Origin: Promethearchaeota archaeon
GTDB taxonomy: Archaea; Asgardarchaeota; Lokiarchaeia; Sigyniarchaeales; SOKP01
DNA length: 40,467 nt
Assembly: GCA_048940925.1 (NCBI GenBank)
Contig: JBHLOC010000021.1
Location: forward strand, 44,802-85,268
Reading direction: 5' to 3'
Shown piece by piece: positions 1-10,348 of this stretch. Below the pieces are notes generated by a model. It saw nothing but the letters and a program-made list of their open reading frames with translations. It was not told the DNA's origin and did not search any database. A program made the translations under genes and the position numbers. Positions within the stretch are counted from its first letter, which is position 1. Every line of letters starts with the position of its first letter.

Positions 1-121
1 TATTTTTTCCTTTTTTATAATAAAATTTTTTACATATATATTATTTAATCAAATAGAAATTAGGGATATCAAGTATAGGTGACTGGCTATAACAAAATGT
101 GAGAACTACAATCCTGATTTT

Positions 122-1609
122 TTGTCAGAAAGAGAGATTAAAGAAAAAAATATCCCTTTTGAAAGAAAATACATCCCTTTTAATCGATTATTTAACCCTC
201 GAGCAGTAGCAGTAATTGGGGTAAGCAAGGATAGAGATTGGGGTGGGAGTCATTATCTGGAAACTTTTAAAGAATATGAATACGCAGAGCCAGTTTATCC
301 TGTTAATCCAAAGTATGCAGGAGAAGAAATTCAAGGATTCAATGTTTATGATTCGATTTCCTCTTTACCAGATGATCCTCCAATTGATCTTGGAATAGTT
401 GCTGTTCCAGCTAAAATTACACCTCAAATTGTTGAAGAATTAGGACAAAAAGGTGTATTCTTTGCTCATATTTTTTCTAGTGGATTTTCAGAACTTGGTG
501 AGGAGGGATATAACTTAGAAAAACAGCTTTTAGAAAAAGCAAGAAAAACTCATATTCGGATTCTTGGGCCTAATTGTATGGGTATTTATAATCCAAAGGG
601 GCGAATAGGCTTTACACATCATCTTCCCTTAGAAGTTGGTCCTGTAGCCTTTATAAGTCAATCGGGTGGAATTGCAGGGAGACACTCCCGTATTGGATCA
701 TCAAATAGTTATTTTTTTTCAAAAGTTATTTCTCTAGGTAATCAAATAGATCTAGATATTGTGGACTTCTTGAATTACTTTAGGACTGATCCTGATACTA
801 GAGTAATTTCCATGTATATTGAAAATATAAAGAGAAGCGGAAATGATTTCGTTCAATTTTTAAAAAAAACCACTAAAGAAAAACCAGTTATAATATGGAA
901 AGGTGGAAAATTAGAAGCGGGACATAGCGCAGTAATGAGCCATACGGGTGGTTTGGCAGGGGATATGAAGTTATGGAGGGCTATGGCGCATCAGACGGGT
1001 ATTATTCTCGTAAGAAACTTTAAAGAATTAATTGAAATGATCCAAACTTGTATAACATATAAAATTCCAAGAACTCTCGGTACAGCCATCATTACAGGGG
1101 GTGGTGGACCAGCAGTAGAAATGACAGATGAGTGTGAACTAAATGGTCTAAAAATTCCAAGAATCACAGAAAAAGCTCAAAAGATGATAAATGAATATAT
1201 TCCTGAAATTAATTCTAATTTAACAAACCCATTAGAATTTGGGGCTAATGGTAGTCATGAGAATTTGATTAAGACTTTGCAAATTCTAGATAATGAGTCT
1301 CATATTTCTACAATAATGATTACTATTCGTCCTGAACGGATTATTTCACAGGGATTAGATATGGATGAATCTATTAATAGTTTTGCTAATGCGTTGTCAC
1401 CAAACTCAGAAAAAAACTTAGTTAGTATAGATATGCCATTCGAACCACGAGAAGAAACAATAGATGCACTACAAGAATTTCGTCCTAAAATGATAAAAAA
1501 AGGGATATTGGTATATAACTCAGTTGATCTAGCAGCTAAAAGCATCTATCGTCTATGGACCTACGGAAATTATCTGAAAAATCATGGATATAATCTGTAT
1601 TTACAATAA
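122..1609 (+). CDS. Acyl-CoA synthetase (NDP-forming) alpha subunit-like protein
   Basis: LFNPRAVAVIGVS, VYPVNP, DLGIVAVPA, RILGPNCMG, FISQSGG, SLGNQID, and phospho-His motif SHTGGLAG. TTG start. No ATP-grasp beta subunit in the window. Confidence 0.88.
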   Translation: MSEREIKEKNIPFERKYIPFNRLFNPRAVAVIGVSKDRDWGGSHYLETFKEYEYAEPVYPVNPKYAGEEIQGFNVYDSISSLPDDPPIDLGIVAVPAKITPQIVEELGQKGVFFAHIFSSGFSELGEEGYNLEKQLLEKARKTHIRILGPNCMGIYNPKGRIGFTHHLPLEVGPVAFISQSGGIAGRHSRIGSSNSYFFSKVISLGNQIDLDIVDFLNYFRTDPDTRVISMYIENIKRSGNDFVQFLKKTTKEKPVIIWKGGKLEAGHSAVMSHTGGLAGDMKLWRAMAHQTGIILVRNFKELIEMIQTCITYKIPRTLGTAIITGGGGPAVEMTDECELNGLKIPRITEKAQKMINEYIPEINSNLTNPLEFGANGSHENLIKTLQILDNESHISTIMITIRPERIISQGLDMDESINSFANALSPNSEKNLVSIDMPFEPREETIDALQEFRPKMIKKGILVYNSVDLAAKSIYRLWTYGNYLKNHGYNLYLQ

Positions 1610-1734
1610 TAACCAAAATTTATACCGAATAAATTTAGACTTATTCTAAATAGATTGATCTTTCAATTTTTTAAATTATTTACTTTTCCTAAATTATATT
1701 TATTAATAAAGAAAAATGAATTTATAATGGACTA

Positions 1735-2757
1735 ATGAAACGTCTAAAAGTCCCTAAGCCAATTTCTTGTGGATTAATACTTTCTTATAAATGTAACTGC
1801 GAATGTAAGCATTGTATGTATTTTGGGTCACCAAAATGGGCTGATTCAATAAGTAATAAACAATTGAAGGAGACTTTAACTAAATTATCTAAAATAATTC
1901 AGCCTTCTCCAGATGGACCTGAAAATGTAAGATTAAATTATGGACTTCATTTTACAGGCGGAGAACCTTTTTTAGATTATAATCTTTTATTGAAAGCTGT
2001 TGAATTTGGCAATAAACTAAACATTCCTTCAATGTTTGTGGAAACAAATTGTTATTGGTGTAAAAATGATACTATTACTCGAGATAGACTCTTAAAATTA
2101 AAAAACATAGGACTACATGGCATTCTAATAAGTGTAAATCCTTTCATTCTTGAATTTGTTCCTTTTGAATATACAAAACGAGCCATAAGAATAAGTTTGG
2201 AAATTTTTCGGGAAAATTTGATGATTTATCAATTATATTATTTTGGTCAATTTAGAGAGTTAAATTTTAAAGGAAGGCTTCCTATCGAGAAATACATTGA
2301 ATTTGTTAGTATAGAGGATTTGAAAAGAAGAGTAGAAATGCTTATGATGGGACGTGCAGCTTACTCATTAGAAAATTTACATAAAAAATTTCCTATTGAA
2401 CATTTTCTCAATGAAAATTGCAAAATAGAGCTAGTTAGGAACTGGCATTGTCATTTTGATAACTATGGAAATTATATGCCTGGTTATTGTGGGGGTATTT
2501 CATGGGGAAACATTAGAAATTTAGACTCTCTCTTTAATGAAGGTATTGATCTTGACGAATATCCTATTTTAAAAGCTTTGATTTTAAGGACTATTAAAGA
2601 TCTCTATATATTTTCGATTGATCATTTTAATTATGAGAAACTAAATGATGGTTATGTTTCAAAATGTCATGTCTGTTTTGATATACGGCGAGCTATTGTT
2701 TCTAAAACAAATGAGTTTAAAGAGTTAAGTCCTTTAGAATTCTATTCTCATATCTAA
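1735..2757 (+). CDS. Radical SAM protein
   Basis: CNCECKHC (CxxxCxxC), FTGGEP, VETN; extra C-terminal Cys residues (GYCGG, KCHVC) suggest an auxiliary cluster. Confidence 0.9.
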   Translation: MKRLKVPKPISCGLILSYKCNCECKHCMYFGSPKWADSISNKQLKETLTKLSKIIQPSPDGPENVRLNYGLHFTGGEPFLDYNLLLKAVEFGNKLNIPSMFVETNCYWCKNDTITRDRLLKLKNIGLHGILISVNPFILEFVPFEYTKRAIRISLEIFRENLMIYQLYYFGQFRELNFKGRLPIEKYIEFVSIEDLKRRVEMLMMGRAAYSLENLHKKFPIEHFLNENCKIELVRNWHCHFDNYGNYMPGYCGGISWGNIRNLDSLFNEGIDLDEYPILKALILRTIKDLYIFSIDHFNYEKLNDGYVSKCHVCFDIRRAIVSKTNEFKELSPLEFYSHI

Positions 2758-2800
2758 AAAAGAGATTATTATTAATTTTGTTTTAAAAATAAAAGGTGTA

Positions 2801-4201
2801 TTAGTCCGCTAAAACCTTTTCTTTTTTCTCTAAGTGTAGTTTTCTAGCATCCTCAGTTATTTTGTGATATTTTTTCTTATCAATCGGGAAGAATAACATT
2901 ACGATAATTCCGACTACTAGAAATATCGTTGGAAAAATAAACATTAAACTCCGTAAACCAAAAATATTAGTAGTTGTTATCGTAGTTGGATCAAAAATCG
3001 CCCATTCCACTCCTATGAATACGAGTCCTATTGTTATATAAATTACTACATTTGTCAATTTTATAATAAACCCGGTTACACCATAAAATCCCGCTTCTCT
3101 CCGAATCCCTGTATTCAATTCATCTTCATCAATAATAGCAGCAATTACAACATCTCTAACAATTAGAACCCCAGCTAATCCAAATCCCCAAATTAATAAG
3201 GTAATAAAGCCCCCCATAGCATTAGATATAAACATAAATGGAGATAAAGTTGCAATGAATACAATTAACGCTAAAATATAAGCATTTTTAGCTCCAAGTT
3301 TACTAATAATGATTCGCCAAGGGAATACAAAAATTAAAGCAGCTACAAATCCAGTTCCCAATATTAATGATTGAACAAAAGCATCCTCAACACCCAATAC
3401 AAAACGTCCAAAAAGAGGAAATACTGTTGGTAACATACCAAATGAATACCAAATAGTAAAACTCCCAACAAGAAAAATCCTGAATGATTTATTTTTAAAT
3501 GCATATCTCAATGACGTAAGAAAAGAGGGAGCACTTTCAGGATCTTTAGAAAATTCAATTCTTTCTTTAAAACCAAATCTTATAAAGATAAATCCTGAAA
3601 CAGCACATATTATTGAGATAGTTATCGCAGCAAAACTATAATCACTAAAATATTGTGGATCGGCAAATACGGGTATAAAAATCCCTGGTAAAATGAATGC
3701 AATTAAAAGAGAAATGACTTGAAAGAATTGGATTGACGTATTTGCTTTCGCACGTTGATCTAAGTCTCGAAACAATTCAGGAAATAATGCAGTCTGATTT
3801 AAAGAATACATTGTGTAAAATAACTCCCAAAGTATAATTATTATTAATAAGTATAGAAATGTGACTATAGGATCTCCTCTAGGAGGTGTCCAGAGTAATA
3901 TATTCAAAAAGAGTAAAGGAATAATACCAGCAATTATATAAGGTTTTCTGCGACCCCATTTTGTGCTAGTCCGATCCGATATTGTCCCCAAAAGTGGATC
4001 ATTGAAAGCATTCCACACCGACCAAATTACGAATGCACTAGTTATTAATACAACATTTAACTGAACAACAGAATAGTAAAATGTAAAAACTAAAAATGTA
4101 AAAAATTGAAAAAAAACAACGTCGGTAAACCCACCAAAACTATATAATACTGCCTTCTTTAATGAATATTCAGATTCTGAATCTTTCTCTTCTTTAACCA
4201 T
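2801..4201 (-). CDS. MFS transporter, glycoside-pentoside-hexuronide (MelB/GPH) family
   Basis: About 12 hydrophobic segments; NDPLLGTISDRTSTKWGRRKPYI and IDEDELNTGIRREAGFYG motifs. Confidence 0.9.
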   Translation of the reverse strand: MVKEEKDSESEYSLKKAVLYSFGGFTDVVFFQFFTFLVFTFYYSVVQLNVVLITSAFVIWSVWNAFNDPLLGTISDRTSTKWGRRKPYIIAGIIPLLFLNILLWTPPRGDPIVTFLYLLIIIILWELFYTMYSLNQTALFPELFRDLDQRAKANTSIQFFQVISLLIAFILPGIFIPVFADPQYFSDYSFAAITISIICAVSGFIFIRFGFKERIEFSKDPESAPSFLTSLRYAFKNKSFRIFLVGSFTIWYSFGMLPTVFPLFGRFVLGVEDAFVQSLILGTGFVAALIFVFPWRIIISKLGAKNAYILALIVFIATLSPFMFISNAMGGFITLLIWGFGLAGVLIVRDVVIAAIIDEDELNTGIRREAGFYGVTGFIIKLTNVVIYITIGLVFIGVEWAIFDPTTITTTNIFGLRSLMFIFPTIFLVVGIIVMLFFPIDKKKYHKITEDARKLHLEKKEKVLAD

Positions 4202-4358
4202 ATTATCTCTCCATTATTTTGTATTTTTACTTACGAGATAGTTGACGTAAAAGAATAATTATAGATTGTTCACACTATTAATAAATAATTATTTTAATCA
4301 ATACTCTATAATTCAAGGTTTCCATTTTTTTTAAAATCCTTTTTATTTTTGCATAAAA

Positions 4359-4911
4359 ATGTCTAAAATCTCCACTAAATTTAGTGAGGCTCTATTTTTA
4401 AATATAAGATCAGTGCAATATTTATCAAACTCAAATTTCTTCGAGATGAGATATAATTTCGAAAGGTTTTACAAATAACAATTACTCTGAGATTTTAACA
4501 GACAAAAATCAGAGCTTTGAGAAACCAGATATTTCAAATAATAAAACTGTCATTTCTGAGCTTGTCTCAGAGTTATTTAAACAAATTAATTCAAAAGATT
4601 CGTTTGCCTATTTCTCTGACTTATTATTTGAATCCTTACAAGATTATAAAAAATATTATCAGGTTAATAATTTTTTAGAAAATAATAATAATTTAAGAGA
4701 AACTCCACTTAATGAATTACTTTCCGTCAATTCTGGTATCAGCGACCCAAAAAATGAATATCTTGCTATATCAAATGATATCCATTCCATTTTATCTAAT
4801 TACCCTGATTTAAACAATAAACAAAAACTAAATTTCTGTTTTAATCAAAGATATTACATGAAATTATATCTAAAAGAAGTTTTAACTGCATTGAAAAAAA
4901 GAAAGTATTAA
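4359..4911 (+). pseudogene. Probable frameshifted hypothetical protein gene (not in the ORF track)
   Basis: ATG at 4359 opens a 39-aa frame (MSKISTKFSEALFLNIRSVQYLSNSNFFEMRY...). An overlapping +1 frame is stop-free from 4450 to TAA at 4909-4911 (153 aa, DIISKGFTNN...LKEVLTALKKRKY) and has no early canonical start. Confidence 0.55.
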
Positions 4912-4964
4912 GCTTGATAACCAGAAAATTTTAAAAAAAAGAAATAGTTTAGTATAAATTAAAA

Positions 4965-5678
4965 CTAGGTTTTAAGCCCAAGATACATCCAGACAGCAAA
5001 AGTTGCCATAACAATTCTTGTGAGCCCAATAGTCCAAGGTGTTTCAAGTATTGAATCTAATGCTCCACAAACAACGAAAATGATAAAACCAATTGATAAA
5101 TACGTAAACTTTCTCCGTAATAAACCAGTAGATTGTTTTGCTTTTATTGCAAATCCTATTCCTAAGAAAATTAAAGAAGAAACTAAAAATACTGCAACCA
5201 AGATAAAAGTGGGATGTCCTTGATTAAAACTGGCATCTATTAAACCATTGGGTACCAACACTTCAATATAGTCAAATGAATCAACTGTCTGAAACCATAA
5301 GAAATATTCGAATACTATTCCTAAGACTAAAAAAATCCCTACGAGTACCCATTTGTATTTAGGGATTAGAAGTTCTCCACCAAGATACATTGCAAAAAAA
5401 AGCGCAGGTGCAACCCATGTATAACTTAAAAGTACATAAACTGGAACTGGACCTTCAGCTGGCCCTAAATTATGATCTGTAATTAATTTGACAAAAAAAT
5501 CAATAGTTGGACCAAGCCATAAGAAACCTACGAAAAAAATTTGTATACCTGCTATAGATAATAGTTTAGCTTTCAATTTTATTGATTTATAAAGAGATAA
5601 TAAACCAAAAACTGCTGAAGATAAAATAATAAGTGATGCTGTTAAGCCATCCAACCAACCTTCAAAAGCGATTACCAT
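4965..5678 (-). CDS. Stand-alone 7-TM integral membrane protein, unknown function
   Basis: Seven hydrophobic segments counted by eye; no soluble domain. Confidence 0.8.
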   Translation of the reverse strand: MVIAFEGWLDGLTASLIILSSAVFGLLSLYKSIKLKAKLLSIAGIQIFFVGFLWLGPTIDFFVKLITDHNLGPAEGPVPVYVLLSYTWVAPALFFAMYLGGELLIPKYKWVLVGIFLVLGIVFEYFLWFQTVDSFDYIEVLVPNGLIDASFNQGHPTFILVAVFLVSSLIFLGIGFAIKAKQSTGLLRRKFTYLSIGFIIFVVCGALDSILETPWTIGLTRIVMATFAVWMYLGLKT

Positions 5679-5841
5679 TCTTAATTCCTCACAAATTATC
5701 TAAAAATTTTATTGTAAATTGAAATTATATATTTATTTAATTTGATTTTATTTATAATTATATTTTTTGTATTGACAAAATATATTAAAGTTTGTAAGCT
5801 GTAATTCTAATTGTTTTTTAATTATTAATATTTAAGGATCT

Positions 5842-6399
5842 CTAAATTAATTGAAATCTTCTATAAAAAAATGTGGATACTTTTTGATTTTTCTTATCGT
5901 CTTCCAACTTGAATTTAAGTTCTAAATGTTGGTTAAGACTTTTCAATGGATACATATGAGAGATAATAATAGCTCCACCTTTTGCTGTGCTGATTACATG
6001 ATTAAGATATTTTTCCATTGTGGGTAAAGAATATATATAAATAAAATCATAATTCTTTAAATTATGGGTATAGAAATTTCCCCTTATGAATTTTACTTTA
6101 CTGAATACTTTTTTTTTATAAATTTTACCTTCTTTTAATAATCGAATAGACTTTTTAGCTTCATTTATAAGGATTGGATCGATTTCAATTCCGATTGATC
6201 TTATTCCATAATTTACTGCAGAATAAATAATGACTTGACCATTTCCCGAACCTAAATCAATTAATATTTGCTTAGAATTTTTATGCAGATCAAATTTTTT
6301 CGCAAGGGTTCCAAATATCTTTTTTAGAAAGACTTGTTTAGTTTCTTGGAATGGTAGATCTAATTGAGAATAAAATTTCTTTAATTTCTTTTCGCACAT
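5842..6399 (-). CDS. Class I SAM-dependent methyltransferase, resembling aKMT/FAM173-type protein-lysine methyltransferases
   Basis: IDLGSGNGQV (motif I), GIEID (post-I), YDFIYIYSLP; N-terminal LPFQET. Confidence 0.8.
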   Translation of the reverse strand: MCEKKLKKFYSQLDLPFQETKQVFLKKIFGTLAKKFDLHKNSKQILIDLGSGNGQVIIYSAVNYGIRSIGIEIDPILINEAKKSIRLLKEGKIYKKKVFSKVKFIRGNFYTHNLKNYDFIYIYSLPTMEKYLNHVISTAKGGAIIISHMYPLKSLNQHLELKFKLEDDKKNQKVSTFFYRRFQLI

Positions 6400-6480
6400 T
6401 TTAATGTTTCAATCAGTTCAGAATTTTATTCTTTTCATAATCATGAATTATTTATGCCTAATTAAATCTTATGAAATAAT

Positions 6481-8310
6481 TTAGAAAGTAGCTTCCGTTT
6501 GTTTTGCCTTAATTTCTTCAATAAATTCATAAGATTGGTGACGAAAGTATGTATTATATAATCTTGCATAATATCCATTTTTTTGAATCAAATTCTCATG
6601 ATTACCTTCCTCAACAATCTCCCCATGATCAAGTACAATTATACGATCGACGTTTCTTACGGTGGTAAGCCTATGAGCAATAACAATTGTAGTTCGTCCT
6701 TGCATTACTTTCTCCATGGCTTCTTGAATCTGAACCTCTGTAAACGGATCTACTGATGCTGTTGCTTCGTCTAATATTAAGATTGATGGATTTTGTAATA
6801 AAACTCTTGCAAATACTATCAATTGTCGTTGTCCCATTGAGAGAACTTTTCCTCTTTCTAAAATGTATGTTTCCAGTCCCTTATCAAGATTTTTAATCCA
6901 TTCCATACCGCCAGACTGGTCTAGAGCCCAAATTACATCTTCTTTTGTGGCATCTGGTGAGCCATAGGTAATATTATTTTTGATTGAGTCAGCCCAGAGA
7001 AATGGCACCTGAGGTATAAATCCTACAGATCTCCTAAATTCTGTAAGTGATATATCTCGTATACTATGACCATCTATAAGAACATCTCCTGATTGAAATT
7101 CATATAAACGAAGTAAAATTTTTGTTAAAGTTGATTTACCTGCTCCCGTGTGGCCTACAATGGCAACAGTCTCTCCTGGGTGAATTTTCAAATTAAAACC
7201 TTTGAAAACAGGTTTACGAGGTACATATTCAAATTCTAAATTTTCAAATTCTATTTTTCCCTTTATTGAATCTAACACATAATCTCCTTGCTTAATATAA
7301 GATTGAGAGTCTTGAAGAGCAAAGATCCTTTCTGCTGCTGATAGTCCTTCTTGAAACTGAGGCCAAAAACTAGCAATTTGAAGTATAGGTGCGAATAAAA
7401 TTAACGAACTTTGAAGAAACAGATAAATATCTGACCCACTCAGCACCCCTTGTAGTATAAAATTACCTCCAAAAAATATAAGTAAAGCATAGAGAATAGC
7501 GATGAAAATATCTAAGCTCGGAAAGAGAATAGATAAATATAAAGCTCTACTCATGTTTACTTGAAAGGATTGATCATTAATCGCTTGAAAATTGTCAAAT
7601 TGGCTTTCTTCTTGGCGAAAACTTTTTATTATTTGAATTCCTGCCATAGATTCCTGTATAAAGGCATTTACTTGCGCTAAGGAACGCTGACCATACATTG
7701 ACTTTTTTCTTGCAACTTTACGAAAAGAGAGTGTAAATGCAAAAACAATAGGTATCATTAACATGAATACTCCTGTTAACAATGGACTTATAAAGATCAT
7801 TGGAATAAGTACGATAATTAACATTATAAATGAAGAAATTAATTCTGTAAACATGGTAATTGAACTACCGAATTTTTGTCCATCAGAATTGATCCTACTT
7901 ACTATTCTGCCTGTTGGATATTTATCAAAGAAAGATAAATCTTGCTCAAGAACTCTTAAATTAGTTTGTCTACGTAAATTATAGCAGACACTATATACCA
8001 TTCGATTGCTTGTACGCCTATTTACATAGTTAAAAACATATCCTAATGAATTCAAGATTAAAGTAGTTATAATAAAATAAATTAAAATAAAGAGATCTGA
8101 TTTTAATTCTAGTTGTTTAATAATTAGACTCATTAGATAAGGAGTTAATCCATAAGTAACTGATGAAAGACATATAAAAGTAATTACAATTGTCATAGAA
8201 CGTCTATAGGGTTTAAACAATTTTATAACTCTATTAAATAATTCTCTATCTGAATAAATTCTATCATAACCCTCTTCATCTAATCCAAAATAACCTATTC
8301 TTCGAAACAT
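6481..8310 (-). CDS. ABC exporter half-transporter (TMD+NBD), subunit B
   Basis: Walker A GHTGAGKS, degenerate signature LSMGQRQ, Walker B ILILDEAT, H-loop IAHRL. Confidence 0.95.
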   Translation of the reverse strand: MFRRIGYFGLDEEGYDRIYSDRELFNRVIKLFKPYRRSMTIVITFICLSSVTYGLTPYLMSLIIKQLELKSDLFILIYFIITTLILNSLGYVFNYVNRRTSNRMVYSVCYNLRRQTNLRVLEQDLSFFDKYPTGRIVSRINSDGQKFGSSITMFTELISSFIMLIIVLIPMIFISPLLTGVFMLMIPIVFAFTLSFRKVARKKSMYGQRSLAQVNAFIQESMAGIQIIKSFRQEESQFDNFQAINDQSFQVNMSRALYLSILFPSLDIFIAILYALLIFFGGNFILQGVLSGSDIYLFLQSSLILFAPILQIASFWPQFQEGLSAAERIFALQDSQSYIKQGDYVLDSIKGKIEFENLEFEYVPRKPVFKGFNLKIHPGETVAIVGHTGAGKSTLTKILLRLYEFQSGDVLIDGHSIRDISLTEFRRSVGFIPQVPFLWADSIKNNITYGSPDATKEDVIWALDQSGGMEWIKNLDKGLETYILERGKVLSMGQRQLIVFARVLLQNPSILILDEATASVDPFTEVQIQEAMEKVMQGRTTIVIAHRLTTVRNVDRIIVLDHGEIVEEGNHENLIQKNGYYARLYNTYFRHQSYEFIEEIKAKQTEATF

Positions 8311-8315
8311 ACTAA

Positions 8316-10154
8316 TTAATCATTTCCTAAAAGTTCATTTAAGGTTTTATCAAAACGTTTTATAAAGATTTTTTGATATTCTTTTGAGTTTTTTAGTAAA
8401 TACTCATGGGATCCCTGATTGACAATCTCACCTTGTTTTAACACGATTATTAAATCTGCCCATCTTATTTGGGAAAGCCTATGAGTTATTATAAAGGTAG
8501 TTCTTCCATTTAAAATCTTAAAAATTGCCTTCTGAATTCTTTCTTCGGTTTCTGAATCTATTGAGGAGCTAGAATCATCCAATACTAATATTTTTGGATC
8601 TGTAAGAAAAGCACGGGCAATTGCAACTCGTTGACGTTCACCTCCACTTAATTGTACTCCTCTCTCCCCAACTTCTGTATCATACTGATCTGGTAAATAT
8701 TTTATAAATTCATGGGCTTGTGCTTCTTTAGCGACAGAAATTACTTGTTCCTCAGAGGAATCACGTCCAAAAGAAATATTGTCCAAAATTGAATCTGAAA
8801 AGATAAATATGTCCTGTTCAATATAGGCAATCTGGTCACGAAGAGATTGTAGAGAAAAATTTCTAACATCAATTCCATCAATTAAAATTCGACCGTCATC
8901 TACATCATATAACCGTGAAATCAATTTTGTAAGTGTTGTTTTTCCAGAACCCGTTGTTCCTACTATTGCTACAGTCTGTCCTGCTAATACCTCAAAATTT
9001 ATACTTTTTAATACTTTATTTTGGGTACCGGGGTAAGAAAAGGTAACATTCTCAAATTTTAAATTTCCTTCTATTTCTTTAGATAGAGCATCATCAGAAT
9101 CGTAGATTTCTGATTTCTGATTCATTATTTCTAAAAGTCTATTTCCTCCTACAATTGCTTCTTTTGCCATTAAGAATGACCTTATTGAAGCGTTAACAGG
9201 AAATCGTAGTCTCAATAATAGTCCTATTAAACCTAATACATCACCAATGGACAAAATCCCAGCTCTATTATAAAATACGGCGATTGTTAAGCCTAAAGTA
9301 ACTGTTACTGAAAGAAGTAATAGAGGAAGATACTTTGCTTGTATATCACCTTGTTCAATACCCGCATCTCGATAACTCAGAGCACTATCTTTATATCTTT
9401 CAACACTATGTTCTTCTTGAGCCATCGATTTCACGATTTCAATTCCACTCAAAGATTCGTTTAAAACAGTGTTCATATAACCGAAAGCAATACGCCTACT
9501 TACCGTCGGAGGAGTTAAAAGGCGTAGAAATCTCCGAAGATATAAAATAAATATTATACTAAATGTAATTGGAATTAACACTAATTCGGGTCGATAGGTA
9601 GAACCAATCAAATAAATAGGAACAATTAAATTGATACCAGCATCTAAAATCATAGCTAACGCAGGTGAAATTAAAAAATTTAATAATCTTACGTCATTTG
9701 TTGCCCTAGCCATGATATCCCCTATTCTTTGATTATCATGAAATGATTGACTTTTACCTAGCAAATTTAAATAGAATTCTCTGCGCACATCTCTCTCTAT
9801 TCTCTGAGCAACAATTTCTCGAAACGTTCTTGCCAATAATCCCGAGATTGGACTTCCCAATCCAATAAATAAAACTAAAAATGTATAATTAAATAATTGA
9901 TTAGAATGTCCTGCAGAGAAAATATCAATGGCTTTCCCGATTACGACATAAATGAAGGACCCAAAGTAAGACGCCAATATCATTAGAGCAAAGAATGATA
10001 CCATTAGAAACTTATTAGATTTATAAAACATATGTTTTATAATCCAAGATCTAACACCCTTCTTTCGTGCTTTTAAAAAGTCGTCCTCTTCTAAATGAAA
10101 TTCTGAATTGTTTTTCAAAATTAAGCTTTGACTTTTTAGTCTCTGATTTTTCAA
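8316..10154 (-). CDS. ABC exporter half-transporter (TMD+NBD), subunit A
   Basis: Walker A GTTGSGKT, signature LSGGERQ, Walker B ILVLDDSS (Glu replaced by Asp); 5-bp gap to the partner gene. TTG start is uncertain. Confidence 0.95.
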   Translation of the reverse strand: MKNQRLKSQSLILKNNSEFHLEEDDFLKARKKGVRSWIIKHMFYKSNKFLMVSFFALMILASYFGSFIYVVIGKAIDIFSAGHSNQLFNYTFLVLFIGLGSPISGLLARTFREIVAQRIERDVRREFYLNLLGKSQSFHDNQRIGDIMARATNDVRLLNFLISPALAMILDAGINLIVPIYLIGSTYRPELVLIPITFSIIFILYLRRFLRLLTPPTVSRRIAFGYMNTVLNESLSGIEIVKSMAQEEHSVERYKDSALSYRDAGIEQGDIQAKYLPLLLLSVTVTLGLTIAVFYNRAGILSIGDVLGLIGLLLRLRFPVNASIRSFLMAKEAIVGGNRLLEIMNQKSEIYDSDDALSKEIEGNLKFENVTFSYPGTQNKVLKSINFEVLAGQTVAIVGTTGSGKTTLTKLISRLYDVDDGRILIDGIDVRNFSLQSLRDQIAYIEQDIFIFSDSILDNISFGRDSSEEQVISVAKEAQAHEFIKYLPDQYDTEVGERGVQLSGGERQRVAIARAFLTDPKILVLDDSSSSIDSETEERIQKAIFKILNGRTTFIITHRLSQIRWADLIIVLKQGEIVNQGSHEYLLKNSKEYQKIFIKRFDKTLNELLGND

Positions 10155-10348
10155 AGACTTATATCATCTTTTTAATTTCGATTTTAAACTTTTAAATTAA
10201 ATAAAAGAAAAGAAGAAAATAAGTTTTTCGATAAGCAAGTAAAAAAGATTGGCATTTTGTTAGAAACTTATATTTTTGAAATCCGCAAGATTTAACACTA
10301 AATGTAACTCTTAAATACATAATTTTTCGATATATGAGAATTTTTATT

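Noticed and set aside
4447-4449. TGA just before the 153-codon open frame as a possible selenocysteine codon
   Set aside because: The same frame upstream hits TAA stops near 4399-4407 with no start codon, and there is no redox motif or evident SECIS hairpin.
4965-5678. Microbial rhodopsin
   Set aside because: No retinal-binding Lys (DxxxK/SxxxK) within TM7 and no RYxDW-type motif in TM3.
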